A DNA stretch of 64,000 nucleotides from an uncultured virus (IMG/VR IMGVR_UViG_2061766007_000892) (IMGVR_UViG_2061766007_000892); one strand, 5' to 3'. Shown: positions 1 through 13,122, numbered from the stretch's first letter. Made by a program: numbers and translations. The notes: generated by a model not told the origin, from the sequence alone.

Positions 1-227
1 TCTTTTTCATTTAATTTTTCTTTATCACATTTTTCTATTATTTCAAATTTAAAATTTTCTATTCCATATTTATCCATATCTTTATATAATGGCTTTTTTA
101 ACTCATAAGCATGAGAAGGCATAGATAAAACTTCTTTATGGGCTAACCATCGCGCACTAGTATTAATACTTTGTCCTATATAAACTTTACCATTTATTAA
201 ATTCTCAATTTTATAAATTCCTATCAT
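1..227 (-). CDS. GIY-YIG endonuclease (partial, runs off window)
   Basis: Manual translation MIGIYKIENLINGKVYIGQSINTSARWLAHK...LYKDMDKYGIENFKFEIIE has the GIY/YIG motifs and conserved R, H and E. Confidence 0.9.
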   Translation of the reverse strand, partial: MIGIYKIENLINGKVYIGQSINTSARWLAHKEVLSMPSHAYELKKPLYKDMDKYGIENFKFEIIEKCDKEKLNEK

Positions 228-414
228 TTNNNNNNNNNNNNNNNNCTAGTTTTAATAAGGCGAGTTCAATATCTTGTTGATTCTTTTTAGAAATACCTTT
301 TTCTCCTCGTATCCAACGAGTAATAGTAGCAGGCACAACACGAGCCTGCTCAGCAATATAACTCATTGATACGCCATGTTCTTTACAAAAGATAAGTTTT
401 TCTAAAGTTGTCAT
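211..414 (-). CDS. small XRE-like HTH protein
   Basis: GVSMSYIAEQARVVPATITRWIRG HTH pattern; 3' end lies in an N-run. Confidence 0.7.
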   Translation of the reverse strand: MTTLEKLIFCKEHGVSMSYIAEQARVVPATITRWIRGEKGISKKNQQDIELALLKLXXXXXXNDRNL

Positions 415-501
415 ATGTTCTCACCTCTCATAAGAAAAGTAATCTTATAAGAGTTATTCTCCTTTATTTTATACTCTTTTTTTTATTTTGTATTATATTT
501 T

Positions 502-864
502 TTATAATACTTTAATCATATTNNNNNNNNNNNNNNNNNNNNNNNNNNNNTGCTTACGTTCTGTAAGCGTTTTTAAAGTACAAACTGTTTTATAAGCATT
601 TTCATATTCTATGAATATAAAATACCAATCTGACCCTCGAAAGTCACCATTTTCAATAGTGACTATGCTTTGACAACTAGAAAATGCGACTTTCCAGTAA
701 TTTTTTATTAGTTCTAATTCTTGCTCATTATGAATTTTTGCCGCGTATTTTCCTATGTGGCCGCCCATAAAAATCTCTTTAGTTTTTAGAGTTTCATCTA
801 CTTTCTTTTCCAATCGGTCAAGTTCATAAAAACCGCAATGCGCAGGATAACCAAAAATATTCAT
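502..864 (-). CDS. hypothetical protein
   Basis: ORF track, co-oriented operon. Confidence 0.6.
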   Translation of the reverse strand: MNIFGYPAHCGFYELDRLEKKVDETLKTKEIFMGGHIGKYAAKIHNEQELELIKNYWKVAFSSCQSIVTIENGDFRGSDWYFIFIEYENAYKTVCTLKTLTERKXXXXXXXXXXNMIKVL

Positions 865-865
865 A

Positions 866-1375
866 TTATAAATCCTTTTTATTTGATATGTTAAAATATT
901 CCGCTTCCTCTTGAGTAATAGGAGTATTTAACCAATTAAGAAAACTAATTTCAGTATGGTCTTTATTAAAACCTCTATAATAATTATAAACACTATGTAA
1001 CCATTCATTCCAAGTTGGAAGTTCGGGATGAGTTTGCGCCCATTCATAAACTAATTGAACTGCCTTTTCTGGATATTGTTCATCAAATTCATCGCAACTA
1101 TTAATTTTATCAAGAGCTTGATTAAAAGGACATCTTTCACAAGCACCATTCTCTATGGCACGCTTGTAAGCACACATACGAGACTTTTGCCGCAAATATT
1201 CTACCGCGTCCATAACTATTGTAGTTTCTGTCTTTTTTCGCTTTTCTGGATAAAAATCACATTTTGATTCATCTCCGCCGCATTGACATATTTCTCTTTC
1301 TTTTGTCCCATAGCAACGTGGTACGCAACCTCCAAGGCTATCTGTATCTTTTATATAACTATTACATTTGTTCAT
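866..1375 (-). CDS. Cys-rich hypothetical protein
   Basis: ORF track; multiple CxC/CxxC motifs. Confidence 0.65.
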   Translation of the reverse strand: MNKCNSYIKDTDSLGGCVPRCYGTKEREICQCGGDESKCDFYPEKRKKTETTIVMDAVEYLRQKSRMCAYKRAIENGACERCPFNQALDKINSCDEFDEQYPEKAVQLVYEWAQTHPELPTWNEWLHSVYNYYRGFNKDHTEISFLNWLNTPITQEEAEYFNISNKKDL

Positions 1376-1577
1376 TAATTATTTCTCCCATACGTTCCTG
1401 ATAAGTAAATTCTTTATTACACTCCATACATTCACAAGTATGAGTAGTAATATTTCTATCAGGATTAATATTTATTCCATTTTTATAAATAGGCGGATAA
1501 TACATTGCGGTTATTACACTATATTTTATCTTATAATAGCTTTTGCCGCAATACGGACATTTAATCATTGTACCCAT
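1362..1577 (-). CDS. Zn-ribbon protein
   Basis: CPYCG...CMEC; start set to the ATG after an AAGGA RBS. Confidence 0.65.
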   Translation of the reverse strand: MGTMIKCPYCGKSYYKIKYSVITAMYYPPIYKNGININPDRNITTHTCECMECNKEFTYQERMGEIINEQM

Positions 1578-1731
1578 TTTTAATTTCCTTATAAGTTCTA
1601 GTAATATAGAAAGGACGCTCTCGCTCTTCTGCAAGAGGCCGATTTTCCCATCGTTCCATAAAAGCAGTTATTCCACCCGCAAGAATAAAAGTTCCACCGA
1701 CACAACAAATTAACTTTAATAGAAATAGCAT
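1561..1731 (-). CDS. small membrane protein (56 aa)
   Basis: MLFLLKLICCVGGTFILAGG... follows an AAGGAG RBS and a TTGACT-17-TATAAT promoter at about 1763-1791. Confidence 0.55.
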   Translation of the reverse strand: MLFLLKLICCVGGTFILAGGITAFMERWENRPLAEERERPFYITRTYKEIKNGYND

Positions 1732-1793
1732 ATTATTTTCTCCTTTTCTTTTTCTATATCTATTATACCAAAAAATAAAAAGGAAGTCAAGAA

Positions 1794-2129
1794 TTAATCT
1801 TGACTTCCTTCATTTATTAAATGCCACGCTAAAGGAAAATCAATAGGATTCCAATTATTATCATTTATTAAACTTTCATAAATATAATTTCCTATTTTTA
1901 TTTTATCTCCTTGAGCATATGGGGTGCGCGTTTCGTCCNNNNNNNNNNTTGCTGTAAAATTAACTAAATCCTCATCAGGAGAAATACTAGATTGTATTTG
2001 ATTGTTTACTTTATAAATAGTATTATTATATACAACTTTATCATTTATAAAATAAGAAGTATTAGGAGTCCAAGTTGGAATTAAGAAACGAATTTGATAA
2101 ATATTATTATCTGATACATTTCTAATCAT
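1794..2129 (-). CDS. carbohydrate-binding (CBM5/12-like) repeat protein
   Basis: Two W-x5-Y..GDKV.Y....Y-like repeats; 5' end may lie in the N-run. Confidence 0.6.
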   Translation of the reverse strand: MIRNVSDNNIYQIRFLIPTWTPNTSYFINDKVVYNNTIYKVNNQIQSSISPDEDLVNFTAXXXXDETRTPYAQGDKIKIGNYIYESLINDNNWNPIDFPLAWHLINEGSQD

Positions 2130-2366
2130 TTGAATAAAAANNNNNNNNNNNNNNNNNNNNNNNNNNNNNNNNNNNNNNNNNNNNNNNNNNNNNNNNNNNN
2201 NNNNNNNNNNNNNNNNNNNNNNNNNNNNNNNNNNNNNNNNNNNNNNNNNNNNNNNNNNNNNNNNNNNNNNNNNNNNNNNNNNNNNNNNNNNNNNNNNNNN
2301 NNNNNNNNNNNNNNNNNNNNNNNNNNNNNNNNNNNNNNNNNNNNNNNNNNNNNNNNNNNNNNNNNN

Positions 2367-3744
2367 TTATGTGCAGAAACCAAAAATAATATATGGATTA
2401 GAAGCACTATTACCTACTGTTGTCACTATTGAATTAGAATATTGAATTGTATCTAAATAACTCGCAGTAGAGCTGCTATAATCACGAGTAACTATACCAC
2501 TTGTTGGGCGAATATTGGTTTCACCCAATTTATAATCATTTTTATTACCGGTACTGAAATAACTATAACGTTTAGATTGCGTGCTATCGTGAGTGGTTAT
2601 ACCCACTTCCGCAGCAGAGGGTATCCAAATTTTTTCTTCTGTTATAACAGTGGTGCTCACATCACCATTGTATCCAAAACTTTCTTTTTGAACTGTTTTA
2701 ATACCGTTTCTTATTGGTTCATCTATTTTTAAATATAATTCATCTAAAAAAATTTTTATAGCCGATGGTGCTTCATAATAATTACGACTTATCCCGGCAG
2801 TTAAAGCAGAACAGGGTATAGTATCAAAATAGGTAATTGTTTTACTCATCCAGGTCAATCGTACAGAATTGCCATTGGTATTAATATCTTTATTTATATC
2901 TACAATAACCATTTGAGTAGGAATACCATCAATTTTTATGGTTTTTGTTGCTCCAATTTTATAAATATTTATATTTAAATCAGAGGCAGAGTTACAATCG
3001 CTAATAATATCTCCCCAAGTTTTAATATCATCACTGATACTATCCTTATCCAAAGCTTTATCATTTTCATAACTTGTTAAAGGTTTAAACGAAGAAGCAT
3101 AAGTACTCCAGTTTGTNNNNNNNNNNNNNNNNNNNNNNNNNNNNNNNNNNTAAATCCATTTCCTGATCCAATAGGAGTGCTACCCAAACCCGCGGTTAAA
3201 GCACGATTGGGCGTTAAAACATATGGATTATATAGTCGTAGAAATTTTAAACTATAATTATTTCTAAACCATAAACCATTAAATTGATTAGTACTTGGAC
3301 TATGATTTAAAATATTTACATTTTCTCCTATAGCTACATCTCGTAACCAATAATTGTTTTGAAAGCTAGCTTGCATAGATTGCTGCTCTTCAGGTGAAAC
3401 NNNNNNNNNNNNNNNNNNNNNNNNNNNNNNNNNNNNNNNNNNNNNNNNNNNAGAAATTGTATAGGAAAAAAACTATGGTCATGTAAGAAACCATTTTGAT
3501 TCTCTATATATTGTAGACTATTTAAATCAACTTCTTCTAATTTTTCATTACCTATAAAACTAATTTGTTGCTGAACATTAGGAAATTTTATAGAGGTGGC
3601 GTTTGTATCTAATAATACTATTCCATTATAATCGGNNNNNNNNNNNNNNNNNNNNNNNTCTGGTATATTAATTTCAGTTAAATTAGAGGACTTTGAAAAA
3701 AAGTCCTCTAATTTGTTTAAACTAGTAATTGGGTCATGTATCAT
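2367..3744 (-). CDS. BspA-like LRR + DUF6273-like C-terminal domain protein (one gene split by N-runs)
   Basis: Fragments 3334-3744, 3077-3376 and 2367-3053 join across N gaps; C-terminus KIWIPSAAEVG...YSYF...IIFGFCT. Confidence 0.6.
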
Positions 3745-6700
3745 GCATTATTCGCCTCCTCAATAAGACTATTTATTGCGGCTTGGTTATTGGTAGTGAT
3801 AGGTACAATACGCTCTTTTGCCGTATTTATTAAATATGTAGGAATAGAATAATTATTTGCATTTGTAGAATTATAAATATTATCATAAATTGTTGAATTA
3901 ACATAAAGCGTATTAGAACTATTTAAGAAATTATAAAAGCTTCCTGTTGAATCGGTAGCNNNNNNNNNNNNGTGTTATAATAATGCAATTTGTTGTTCTA
4001 TAGAAACAATCTCTATTTACAATTATATGTCCAGTATTATTAAAAATAATAATGGCATTATTTATACCATAGAAACAATAATCTCCTAAAGTAATATCTC
4101 CTTCACCATCAAAAATAAAATAATTACGAATATTAGAATCAGTAAAATTAGCAAAACAATATTTTCCAATTGTTGTCGCGTTTGTTTGCAATTTTACAAA
4201 ATTAGTATTATGATAGAAAGCACCATCATTAATTGAAGCAATATCTAAATTACATTTAATTAACTTATTTAAGAAATAATTAGTATAATAATCATCAGTT
4301 TTATAATAAGTTAATAAAATATCTTGATTTCCAGTAACTCGTAAATTAACATTAGAATCAATACGTGGTTTCCAACTTAAAAATTGATATTTACGATTTT
4401 CTAATGAAGTATTTAATTCATTACTACCATCTGCCGCTAAAATATTTACAGCGGGTTTATATTGCTCTAAATTACTCATTGTCACAGTATTTCCTAATGT
4501 TGTGCCCGCAATTACTGTACGCTTTAAAACTGCTATTGGTTCTCCAACCTTTTCTCCATTAATATTAGTATTATATATAGAAATGTCATAAATAGCAGGC
4601 TCTTCATGATTATAAACGGCATACCACGCTTCTACCTGAGCTTGTTTATTTACAATATTGATAGTAGCATAAACACTTGCACGTTCATCGTCATTAGGAT
4701 AATTTTCCGGTATATTGGAATCGCTTGTCCAATGCTTTAGTTNNNNNNNNNNNNNNNNNNNNNNNNNNNNNNNNNNNNNNNNNNNNNNNNNNNNNNNNNN
4801 NNNNNNNNNNNNNNNNNNNNNNNNNNNNNNNNNNNNNNNNNNNNNNNNNNNNNNNNNNNNNNNNNNNNNNNNNNNNNTCCATCCACCGAATCCAATCCGT
4901 GTTGGATGTTCCGGTTTATTTTCTTCAGTTAAACCATTATAATTATCTAAATATTCATCAGTAAAGTATGAGGTTGGGCCATCTATACTAGCACCCTTTA
5001 CTACACTACTAGTACCAATTAATTCATTGCTAAATCCATAAAAACGCACATTATAATATTCCGCATATCCTTCTTCGGTTTTACCATAAACTTTAAAATC
5101 AAATTTTGAAGTAATATCAGATACAGTAAAGTCGGATGGCATTGCAGTTTCAAGATAAATAGTACAATTAGTAATAGAGGCATTGACATCACCTAATTTC
5201 TTAAAGAAAACGCGGAAATCTTCAGTAGTCATTCTGAAAGTTAAATTACTTAAACTACAATTAGATAAATTAGTAGCATTATTAACCATTGTTGGAATGT
5301 CTATATTTTCACCTATATTATCTAATATAATAGAAGTAATATTACTATAATCATTAACATAGTTATCAGTTGGCATATATGCTCCAATAATAAGATTTTC
5401 AAGATAAGGTTGGTTAATGATTTGAATAGAAGTAATTGTTGTTGGATATTGAATAGTTTGTAGTACACCACCGCTTGGTAATGTTACAATACTTATACTA
5501 CTTCCCGCAAGATAGGCAGTCTCTAAACTAATATAATTACTTAAATCTAATTCGGCACTATATGCCTGATAATTTCGCATATCAAAATGACGTAAAGTAG
5601 TATTATTAGTACCTAAATTTAATTGAGTCAAACTAGTATTAGTAGTTGTACCGTCACCTAAAGCCAAAGTTTCAAGTTTAGAAGCTTGTGAGAAATCAGC
5701 TTCACGAATATTTAAAGTAGCTAAACCAGTAATACTATTAAGTGAAGATGCCGGATAAATTACTGTTTCAACGCCGTCTATACCGGATGCACTTGTACTT
5801 TGTTGTGAAGTATCTGCTTCAAAACTAATAGATTCTGTAGCACCACGTAATACGCGGGCGGTTTGTGGAGTACCGTTTGCACCAATTTTAAAGTTAATAT
5901 AAGAGTCCGCGTAAGTGGAAAAAGATAAAGTATAATTATTACCAGGCTCTATACGTAAATAAATTCTATCAGTTCCTTCACCAATTTGGTATTTACTATT
6001 AAAGTATCTCGCACGATTAGATAACCACCATTGACGATGAGATTTTTTTGAACCTAATAACATATAGAGATATTCTGGACCCCAGTCAATATATTTATGT
6101 ATCATATCTTCATTAAAGATAGCTTCTGACCAAACTGCCTGATGACTTTCAAATAAAGGCTCTACATTTTCATAACTTAAATTCGCATAAATTTGTCTAT
6201 ATGTATTAGCAATTTCAGTGGCATAAGCTTTTTTAAATGCTTTCCATAATTTAGAACGCTGTCCGTTAAATACTATACTAGTACCATTTGGTTGTAAGTC
6301 ACTATCTTCATAATGATAGTCAAAACGAATACGACCATTATTATCAATACCGATACCAGTGTCAAAATCATATGGGAAAGTAAACCAACCAAAATATTCA
6401 CCAACATTTGTTCCATATTTAGTTAATTGAGTTGTATTATAGCTAGAAGGACGTTCTGATGTAATTAAATAACGGGTAAGGAACATATTCTTGGCCCTAT
6501 TATCAACCATTAAGAAATATTCAGTAAATACATAGAAGAATAGCATAGCCTGTAAATTAAAATAATTTTCAAACTCAGCCTTAAAATCGGCAATACAAGC
6601 ATCAGTAGCTTCTATATCTTTTCCATTTGTGGTTTCAGTAAGTTTTACAGTATCACTTACCCATTTAATTACTTCTTTTAAGCCCGCTGTCCATTTTTCT

Positions 6701-9700
6701 TTGTCAGCTTCGCTAACTTGGGTTATATCTTTTACTCCAGTTAATGCTTTAGAAGTATCATCTTGATCGGGAAATCTTGCCTCAAAGCCGTCAGTCCAGT
6801 TTGCCCAAGCCTCATCAGTATAATTAAAAAGAGTAAGAGGAGAAATACCATTATTTTTTACTTCCCAGCTTTGATCTTTTGCCCAAGGTTCTTTTGAAAT
6901 TTCTTCTAATCCGAATACTTCATGGGTNNNNNNNNNNAACAAAGTATTATTCGCACTTTCAGATGATGCCACATCTGCTTTAATACAAAAAGCCCATGTT
7001 GGATAAGACGTAGAACTTAATTTATATCCATCTTCACTAATACCTTCTTTTAAACGAGTAATCGGCTGTCCGTCTACTGTAATAGTTTCATAATCGTCGT
7101 CTGAAAGTACATCTTCACTTTTATGTAGGATATTATCTTGTGTAAAAGATTTAAATTTAAGTTTATAATTTTTACGATAATAATATTGTGAACTGGTACC
7201 CTGTACTTGAATTTTCATACTACCAATACCATACTGATTGATTAATTCTTGATCTTCATTAGAAGAAGAAAGCGCTCCAATACTATTTGCAGGATTCAAT
7301 GGATCGTTAAAATAAAATTGCACTGTTTTAGCATAATCACTACCTTTTTGAGCTGGCATGATAGCAGAATTATTTAAATCACCCGCGCCCATAATAACCA
7401 TATATGGAGTTTGTGGAGATTTATTTTTAAATTCTTCAAATAGTTGCGTGTCATTAGTCGCTGTATAAGTATTTTTATTATATAATGTTACACGAGTATT
7501 TAAATTACCTTCATTAGAGATCCAGTTTTGAATAATATCTCTATATCCTAATGCACGCGGATAATAACGAATAGAATAAACGTCAGTAGTACATTGATTA
7601 GAACCTAATTCAATTACACCATCGTTTAAAGATATTAAGCTATTATATTGTGTGGCACCAGAAAGTATTCCATTTATATAAATATACATTAGACTATTTT
7701 CTTTAGAATTCGCATTTCCACTAGTAGGAGTAATCACAAACGCCAAAGTCATTTTTTCTTCTTCTTTATAATAAGCGTTTAAAAGATTAATTGTACTTAA
7801 TCCTTCTTCCCCTACGGACGCGGCTGTACCAACTGCAAATTTAGCGTTTTGTGGAGTTAAAATAATACCTCGTTCTGTATCGCCACTATTTGGATTTCTA
7901 TCATAGCAAACAATACATCTTGTATCATAATTTAATACATCATTTGTGCGGAAATTAATTTCTAAAGTCATACCGCTGTTAGCAATGGTGCTTGTTTCAG
8001 CTGAAGTTCCTGGGAAAATATTAAAAGGAATGATAGCACGGGCATTATTACGTAGTCGTAAGAAATATTTTCCATCTTCATCTACTTGCCATCCATCAAC
8101 ATTACTATAATATAAGAAATTATTCAAAGTAGCCGTTGTTGGAATTGCATCTGTGGCAGGNNNNNNNNNNNNNNNNNNNNNNNNNNNNNNNNNNNNNNNN
8201 NNNNNNNGTTGTGATAGGAGAAAAATCATATAAGTTATTTTTATTCAATATGAATGTTCTTGTAATTGTGGCCTCATTAGAAGTAAAAATAATTGTTAAA
8301 TTTTTACTTTCTTCATTTTGACTAAATGGTATATTTAAACTATAAGTCCATTTTTGCGTTGTGGCGGGNNNNNNNNNNNNNNNNNNNNNNNNNNNNNNNN
8401 NNNNNNNNNNNNNNNNNNNNNNNNNNNNNNNNNNNNNNNNNNNNNNNNNNACTAAATAATTTAAAGATAATACATCATATTGTGTTAAAACTGTATTATT
8501 TTCAAAATCAGTGGCAATTCGTGTATTATTACTTGTACCACAAATAATGCCATATTTTAGAATATTTGAAGTAATAATATTTCCATTAATATTACTAGTA
8601 AAATATACTTTTAATAAATGTGCTCCCGCAGATGGTGTAGTAAAAGTAATTGATTGTAAGCGTTCAGCGGTATTACTATAATTAGAAATGGATTGTTCTA
8701 CTTCATCTATTAACACATGTAAATTCTTTGCTATGGCTGTGCTTCCTATTGACATAGTGAAAGAAAATAATATTGTGTTATTTAATTGTACTACTGATGG
8801 ATCAAAATTAGATGTTAATTGAGGTCTAATACAATTAATTGTATAATAAAATGACTTGGCTGCTGTAACATTACTTGTTACAGTAATTCTAAAACTATTT
8901 TCGCCAAGTAATAAGTAATTAGATACATCTAATAACATATAATTTTGATCGGTCTCAACTGATGTAATTGTTCCTGTATAGACCAAAATATTGTTATTAT
9001 AAACATTAATTGAGCCATTAATTCCTGCACTATCTATTCTTGTATCACTATCTTTAGTTACCCATTTATATGAAATAATATAATTACTACCATACGCGGC
9101 CGTTGGATTTTCATCAGTTCTATCTACAATGAAAGTAGAATAATAACTATATGTTGCAGCGCCTCCACCGCCACCGCCTTTTGGTAAAACTAGGAAAGTA
9201 TTATGATTATATTCATTATTTTGAATATCAGATTCTTGTTGTGGCATGGATGCTTGTAAATTACGTTGTAATACTAAATAGCTATTTTCTCCTATTTCTT
9301 CTGTAGTAGCTCCTATATAAGCTTCAGTTGCCCTTTCAATAGCTGACGAAACATTAGATATACTATTAGATAATCTATCTATCGTGTCTTCATTACTTTT
9401 AACTTTTGGATACATATCCTTTATTAAATTGGGAATGGACTGGACAATATCTTCTTCTTCTTCATTATCAGATGGAATAGTTAAGGAATAAAAATTCTTA
9501 TATAAAGTAGGATAACTATTAGTGAGAGAAAATGCATTTAAATCAGGTTTATCATATCTCGCAATTACTTGTTTCTCTATTATTTGGCCTGGATTTTCTG
9601 GATCTTCTTCTTCAGTTGTGGTAAAGGTATATCCATACAATAATGTAAGTGCAGTGTTTACATCTTGAATTAATGATGAATTATTTTCACCACTAGAGGC

Positions 9701-10621
9701 TCCACCCTCCATACCCAACGTCTCTAGAATATTTCTAATAGTTATAAGCAATGGAGTGGAAGCTATATTATCAGGAGCTGGGTCATCTTGAGTATAAGTT
9801 AATTTTCTACCCAAAGCTCGCTCTACGACAGTTAAATCTATTGTAGCATTTTCTAAATCATCTAAGCGTGCAGAAATGGAATCACCATTGCTTATGTTTA
9901 TCCAAGCATTATTATAATAATCAGTCCCTAAAATAGTTTGCAACTTATTTTTTACATCTTCTAAGCTTGAAACTCGTGAACTCAATGTATTATTACTAGA
10001 GTTATCACCAATTTCTGTTTCTAAATTATCTAAGCGAGCCCCGACTGTTTTAGTGTTATTAGAATCGTAGGTGTTTATAGCATTACCGAGCACATTTTTA
10101 ATCTTAGTAATATCATTATTTATAGTATTTATTCCTAAAGCGGTAATTTGAGCAGAAACCCAAGCTTTANNNNNNNNNNNNNNNNNNNTAACTAATGAAC
10201 TAATAGTATTATTAAAAGTAGATAATTTATTATCTATTGCATTTTGAGCATTGGTTAATTCTGTTTGTAAAGTATTACTAATACTAGCTGTTACACGACT
10301 AATCAAACCTTGTTCGTCAAGATTATTAGTACGAGTTTCTAATGTATTAATTGCAGTAATAACGTTTGCATAATTATTAAGAGTGACATTTTTACCAATT
10401 TTATTTTCTAATTCTGATATACGAACATCTGAATTACTGCCGTTTATATTATTTAATACCGTATTTATTTTTTGTAACAATGTTCTATTGTCGTTAATTC
10501 CGTTTTCTATGTTTTCAAGAGCAAGTTCTCTAATAAGTTCACCGGTTACCCAATCTTTTGCATTATAATTTTCAATTGAATTACCTACATTCCAATTACT
10601 ATAATTATTATTTATTGCCAT
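3741..10621 (-). CDS. giant (~2300 aa) protein: coiled-coil N-terminus, LamG-like, CotH-kinase-like and LRR regions; probably virion/adhesion related
   Basis: ORFs 8120-10621 and 3931-8229 overlap across an N-run, and the frame continues past the 3960 N-run to a TGA at 3741 (ATGA overlap with next gene); motifs QGTSSQYYYRKNYK, DNRAKNMFL, PYDFDTGIG. Confidence 0.7.
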
Positions 10622-10685
10622 TTTATCACCCCTCCTTCACGGGTGGAATAGTAAAATAAAAAAGAAGAAAGTTACAAACTTTCTT

Positions 10686-10907
10686 CTACCACGGATTATC
10701 GTAAGGCACCGTGAGCCATATACGATATATTTTATTATCTAAACGCTCTTTGAAATCTCGTGGATGAGCCAATATCTCATTTTGAAGAATTGAATATCGC
10801 TCATATGGTTGATTATATTCTTGATATTCAATTATATAAAATAATGCTTCTTTATTTAATCCACCATATTGTAAAAAGCTATTATAATCATTTATAAATG
10901 AAGCCAT
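10686..10907 (-). CDS. hypothetical protein
   Basis: ORF with GGAGG RBS. Confidence 0.6.
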   Translation of the reverse strand: MASFINDYNSFLQYGGLNKEALFYIIEYQEYNQPYERYSILQNEILAHPRDFKERLDNKIYRIWLTVPYDNPW

Positions 10908-11055
10908 TATGCTCCCTCCAGATTTCGCTTTTCCCGCTCAAGTGCGGCAATAAGCTTCATATTCATGGCCTCTCCACGGGCCTTCATAAGATTGATACGA
11001 TAGTTAATCAGTGCAATTGTAGTTTCCTTATTATATAGCATAATCCTTTTCCTCC

Positions 11056-11400
11056 TCAATCCCATAAGCAATCAAATGCACGCGCTATTTCCATAAAAGT
11101 ATTTTCTATTAAAGATTGTCGCTCTTTGGAAATTTCTTCCATTCTAGCAAAATAGAGATCTTTAATTTCATTATAATGATTACTTTTATTATATCCCACC
11201 ATTTTGTGTCCTAAATCATCTATGACTTCTACACGAGCTTCTTTGGATACCTTTTCCCATTCTTCCGCAAACTCATTCTTAGTAGTATACCAAAAATCTT
11301 CATCATTGAAAGTTTCTATGACATCAGNNNNNNNNNNNNNNNNNNNNNNNNNNNNNNNNNNNNNNNNNNNNNNNNNNNCTACCTGGATAAGCGCTACCAT
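11056..11400 (-). CDS. hypothetical protein (5' part uncertain, N-runs)
   Basis: ORF track. Confidence 0.45.
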   Translation of the reverse strand: MVALIQVXXXXXXXXXXXXXXXXXXDVIETFNDEDFWYTTKNEFAEEWEKVSKEARVEVIDDLGHKMVGYNKSNHYNEIKDLYFARMEEISKERQSLIENTFMEIARAFDCLWD

Positions 11401-11584
11401 AATCAGCCATATGACGAAGCATTGGCGGTAGCACTAAACAAAACCAAGTATCAAAATTCCATACATCAGTATAGCAATAACCTTTTGTCGCGCGCATCCA
11501 AGCCGCTNNNNNNNNNNNNNNNNNNNNNNNNNNNTAATAGGATGTCTAAAATAATAAGATGGACGAAACCAAAGTTTAAAAACA

Positions 11585-11842
11585 TTATTCATTTCTTATT
11601 TCTCCAAATTCTGAATCTGCTTCTTCCGCAAGCTTGCGGCCGCACACGGGACAATAATTAATTTCAATTTCGCCATCAATATCAGCATAGCCAAAATATC
11701 CACCATCTAAAGAACCCCAAATTTCAATATAGGGGTTGCCTCTTCTAGTTTCAATTGAGGCACGAAGCCGCAAATCAGAATAAACCTCTAGTTCATTAGC
11801 AGCATTTTCACAATACTTACACATACTATATTCTACTCCCAT
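11585..11842 (-). CDS. Zn-binding phage hypothetical protein
   Basis: MCKYC...INYCPVCGRKL motif. Confidence 0.7.
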   Translation of the reverse strand: MGVEYSMCKYCENAANELEVYSDLRLRASIETRRGNPYIEIWGSLDGGYFGYADIDGEIEINYCPVCGRKLAEEADSEFGEIRNE

Positions 11843-12104
11843 CTAATTGTTTTAAATATCTTATATATCCTTCCGCTTCTTCTACTGTATCATAAACACA
11901 ATAATCATCAAAGTCGTTATCTATACTTCTATCAAATATAGGTTTGCCCCATTCAAATTGTGTAATTTCTCTAATACAATATTCTAGTCCGTGAAATTTA
12001 AAAGTAGAAACAACATCTGTATTTTTTTCATAAGGAGAATATAAATCAATGATGTAGCCTGTGGAGATGTCTTGCGAAGGCTTCTTCATCCTCATATTCC
12101 TCAA
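11826..12104 (-). CDS. hypothetical protein
   Basis: ORF track, overlapping operon. Confidence 0.55.
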   Translation of the reverse strand: MRNMRMKKPSQDISTGYIIDLYSPYEKNTDVVSTFKFHGLEYCIREITQFEWGKPIFDRSIDNDFDDYCVYDTVEEAEGYIRYLKQLDGSRI

Positions 12105-12181
12105 ATTCTAAGAACACTTGATTTTCTATCCACTCTGTATAAATGTCGTCATACTGTGCTTTTCTCACTTTATTTCCTCCT

Positions 12182-12403
12182 CTAAAATCCACTTATTTTA
12201 TATACTATTGTATTGCCATTCTTATGACTTGCTTCAAACAATACACGATTAGTAACTGCCCACGCACGAGCTAAATCATATTCTCCTTCAAGTAAAGCAT
12301 AGTAGAAATAAGATTTACCCATTTCTTTTGCTTCTGCTAATTTTTCATTTAAAACATAATAGAGCGGATCAGGAATTTCTTTTTTCTTCTTAAATAAACT
12401 CAT
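12182..12403 (-). CDS. hypothetical protein
   Basis: ORF track, ATGA overlap. Confidence 0.6.
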   Translation of the reverse strand: MSLFKKKKEIPDPLYYVLNEKLAEAKEMGKSYFYYALLEGEYDLARAWAVTNRVLFEASHKNGNTIVYKISGF

Positions 12404-13122
12404 AGTTCCTTCCTTAAATATCCTTTCACAGTATTTTTCATACAGGTTGCCAAGTCATCGTTCCAAGCCGCGATTAGATTAAGTTCAAACTCAGAATGCA
12501 TAAGACGATGATAATTACGACAATAATCCGCAAAACGCTTCATATCTTCAAAAGTTGCAAAGATTGCTTCTTTTGTAGGGAGTTCCTTATCTTCATTGAA
12601 ACGCAATTCACGAGCATCAGAAAATACCTGTTTCTCTTCCCAAGTCGTATTGTCCATAGCAAAGTCATGCTCTGCTACGAAATGACAAAGATTAATAAGA
12701 TATAGTGCGCGCGAAGCGGATTTGCGATTAACCCCATAGCGTTCAAGTGAGTTCTTAATCATCCCCTCAACCGTAACAATAAACTTATCCCAAACGGAAA
12801 AAATATATCCTTCTCTGTATGCCTTCCGTACCTTATTGAGATAGAAATCAAAATAAGGGTCTTTTACTTCGCTATGCTGTGAAAAGAGAAGTTCAATAGC
12901 ATTGATATTGCCATTACGAACATTCTTATCAAAAGTAAGAATACTCATAACATTATAATGCTCGGGGTCATATCCATCAGGTAAATCATTTTTATCAACC
13001 TTATGGTAACTATAAAAGTCATTGAAATCAGGCATCATAAGGAGTTTATAGTCAAAATCAGAATCAGGACCATCCAATCTGTAATTCTGGGAACCATAAC
13101 AAATTGTTGCGACTTCTTTCAT
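12400..13122 (-). CDS. DNA pol beta-superfamily nucleotidyltransferase
   Basis: YGSQNYRLDGPDSDFD fits the GS..DxD motif. Confidence 0.8.
   Translation of the reverse strand: MKEVATICYGSQNYRLDGPDSDFDYKLLMMPDFNDFYSYHKVDKNDLPDGYDPEHYNVMSILTFDKNVRNGNINAIELLFSQHSEVKDPYFDFYLNKVRKAYREGYIFSVWDKFIVTVEGMIKNSLERYGVNRKSASRALYLINLCHFVAEHDFAMDNTTWEEKQVFSDARELRFNEDKELPTKEAIFATFEDMKRFADYCRNYHRLMHSEFELNLIAAWNDDLATCMKNTVKGYLRKEL

Noticed and set aside
2367..3053. Diversity-generating retroelement target
   Set aside because: The C-terminal domain type is compatible, but no reverse transcriptase or template repeat is visible in the window, and the adjacent DNA is masked by Ns.
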